This document shows, one piece after another, positions 4,484 through 5,705 of a DNA stretch of 5,705 nucleotides. The notes below the pieces were generated by a model. The model saw nothing but the letters and a program-made list of their open reading frames with translations, had not been told where the DNA came from and did no database searches. The stretch comes from a virus. The stretch covers positions 1 to 5,705 of the IMG/VR virus record IMGVR_UViG_3300045988_008128; one strand, 5' to 3'. Within the stretch, counting starts at the first letter, position 1, and each line of letters opens with the position of its first letter. The position numbers were made by a program, and so were the translations under genes.

Positions 4484-4759
4484 ATGATTCTGGAAATTGT
4501 CGCAATCAAAGATGAACTCGCAGGAACCTTCGGCAACTTGATGGTGGTCAACGAAAAAGTTGCACAGCGCACTTTCAAGTGGATGACAGCAGAAAGCGAA
4601 AAGCCGGACTGCGACGACAAACGCATCTACAAGCTGGGCATGTACGACACCGAAACCGGCCTGATCCAGAGCCAGACACCGGAGCTAGTCTATAACATGG
4701 AACAGGAAAAAAAGCAGATGGAAGAACCGAAGAGACCGGCACGAGGTAAGAAAGCATGA
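4484..4759 (+). CDS. Hypothetical 91-aa protein, possibly the conserved gokushovirus non-structural VP5-like protein.
   Basis: The SD GGGAAAGGA at 4468-4476 lies 7 nt upstream of the ATG. The stop overlaps the VP3 start (ATGA at 4756-4759). The N-terminal pattern ILEIVAIKDELAGTFGNLMVVNEKVAQRTF and the later YKLGMYDTETGLI resemble my recollection of small conserved microvirus ORFs. This is from memory and unverified. Confidence 0.55.
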   Translation: MILEIVAIKDELAGTFGNLMVVNEKVAQRTFKWMTAESEKPDCDDKRIYKLGMYDTETGLIQSQTPELVYNMEQEKKQMEEPKRPARGKKA

Positions 4760-5265
4760 AAATCTTCAAACCCTACGAAAAAGAAAAACCGGAAGTCCGC
4801 TGCAACTGCTGCGGGAACATCATGGAGCCGGAATACAAAGAACGGTACGACGAGTACGGGCACCCATATCTGGAAAAAGTAGGCGAAGTAAACACCTATG
4901 AAAAAATCCAGAGCTACCGCGACCAATGCGACGTGATGGCAATTCTCAGCCGATACGCAGCAGGCGACGAAAGCGCACTCGCAACGCCGGGTTACTACAT
5001 CGACACGACGAAACTGCCGAAAACCTACACCGAATACCTGAACATGATGAACGAGCAGCGCGAAAAGTTCGACATGTTGCCGCTGGAAATCAGACAGAAG
5101 TTCGGCATGAACTTCCAGAACTGGGCAGCGACCGCAGGGGAAACGGAATGGCTTGAAAAAATGGGCATTTCGACGAAAAACGATGCTGAAGCACAGGCTG
5201 ATCAGAACAGTGAAACCGTCAAAATGACGAAAAAAGAGGAAAGCGAAGATGAACAGAAACAGTGA
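4756..5265 (+). CDS. VP3: Internal scaffolding protein VP3.
   Basis: The SD GAGGT at 4742-4746 precedes the ATG. The motifs EVNTYEKIQSYRDQCDVMAILSRYAAGDESAL, KLPKTYTEYLNMMNEQREKFDMLPLEIRQKF and an acidic tail match the gokushovirus VP3 (Chlamydia-phage scaffold) pattern. The gene lies immediately upstream of VP1 and overlaps it by 17 nt. Confidence 0.8.
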   Translation: MKIFKPYEKEKPEVRCNCCGNIMEPEYKERYDEYGHPYLEKVGEVNTYEKIQSYRDQCDVMAILSRYAAGDESALATPGYYIDTTKLPKTYTEYLNMMNEQREKFDMLPLEIRQKFGMNFQNWAATAGETEWLEKMGISTKNDAEAQADQNSETVKMTKKEESEDEQKQ

Positions 5266-5705
5266 ACAACACTATGCACAGGTACCTCATGCAGAAATCA
5301 GGCGCGCAAAATTTCAGCGAGATTTTAATCTGCTGACCACGATGAACGAAGGCGATCTTGTACCGATCTACCTTGACGAGGTGCTACCTGCAGACACCTT
5401 CAAAATCAATCTGAACGCGCTGGTGCGTATGGCAACACCTTTGTATCCTGTAATGGATAACTGTTACATGGACTTCTATTTCTTTTTCGTGCCTGCACGC
5501 CTACTGTGGAAGCACTTTCAAAACCTGATGGGTCAGAACGATTCCACATTCTGGGCAGAAACAACCGAGTACACGACACCAGTAACGACCGCACCAGAAG
5601 GAGGCTGGAAAGTGGGCACACTGGCTGACTACTTCGGAATCCCGACAGGCGTGAGCGGCCTGAAAGTGAACAGTCTGCCATTCAGAGCATATGCAAAGGT
5701 GTGGA
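5249..5705 (+). CDS. VP1: Major capsid protein VP1, N-terminal part. It runs off the window and continues at position 2.
   Basis: The ATG at 5249 is preceded by AAGAGGA (5233-5239). The translation MNRNSEQHYAQVPHAEIRRAKFQRDFNLLTTMNEGDLVPIYLDEVLPADTFKINLNALVRMATPLYPVMDNCYMDFYFFFVPARLLW is the canonical microvirus capsid N-terminus. No stop occurs before the window end, which is why the ORF track omits it. Confidence 0.92.
   Translation, partial: MNRNSEQHYAQVPHAEIRRAKFQRDFNLLTTMNEGDLVPIYLDEVLPADTFKINLNALVRMATPLYPVMDNCYMDFYFFFVPARLLWKHFQNLMGQNDSTFWAETTEYTTPVTTAPEGGWKVGTLADYFGIPTGVSGLKVNSLPFRAYAKVW
5587..5705. repeat. Terminal redundancy copy B, identical to 1..119.
   Basis: Exact 119-nt identity with the window start. 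Confidence 0.95.

Noticed and set aside
1-5705. tRNA, rRNA, CRISPR arrays, transposase or integrase genes
   Set aside because: I saw no cloverleaf-like or repeat-spacer structure and no ORF with recombinase motifs. The coding capacity is fully taken by the microvirus gene set and small ORFs.

Overview
The window is one complete circular ssDNA phage genome of the family Microviridae, Gokushovirinae-like, opened inside its capsid gene. Bases 1-119 are identical to 5587-5705, so the unit length is 5586 nt and the major capsid gene (VP1) reads in frame across the junction (5249..5586 joined to 1..1312, 549 aa). All credible genes lie on the + strand. In order they are VP1, VP2 (DNA pilot/minor capsid), a 69-aa ribbon-helix-helix (RHH)-like ORF, VP4 (HUH rolling-circle replication initiator), an orphan 53-57 aa ORF, a 39-aa arginine/lysine-rich J/VP8-like DNA-packaging peptide that the ORF track missed, a second RHH-like ORF, a 91-aa conserved-looking ORF, and VP3 (internal scaffold). 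The main finding is a regulatory layer not expected in a roughly 5.6-kb microvirus. Two near-identical consensus sigma70-type promoters (TTGACA-N17-TATATT and TTGACA-N17-TATAAT) share a 13-nt core and a GGTGTA-N7-GGTGTA direct repeat over the -10/start-site region. These sit alongside the two RHH-fold candidate DNA-binding proteins, a strong intrinsic terminator, an insulated single-ORF cassette, two abutting perfect hairpins just upstream of the Rep gene, a T14 homopolymer, and a 9-nt match to the phiX174 origin nick-site core. Protein family calls rest on motifs recognised by eye and from memory. No searches were run.
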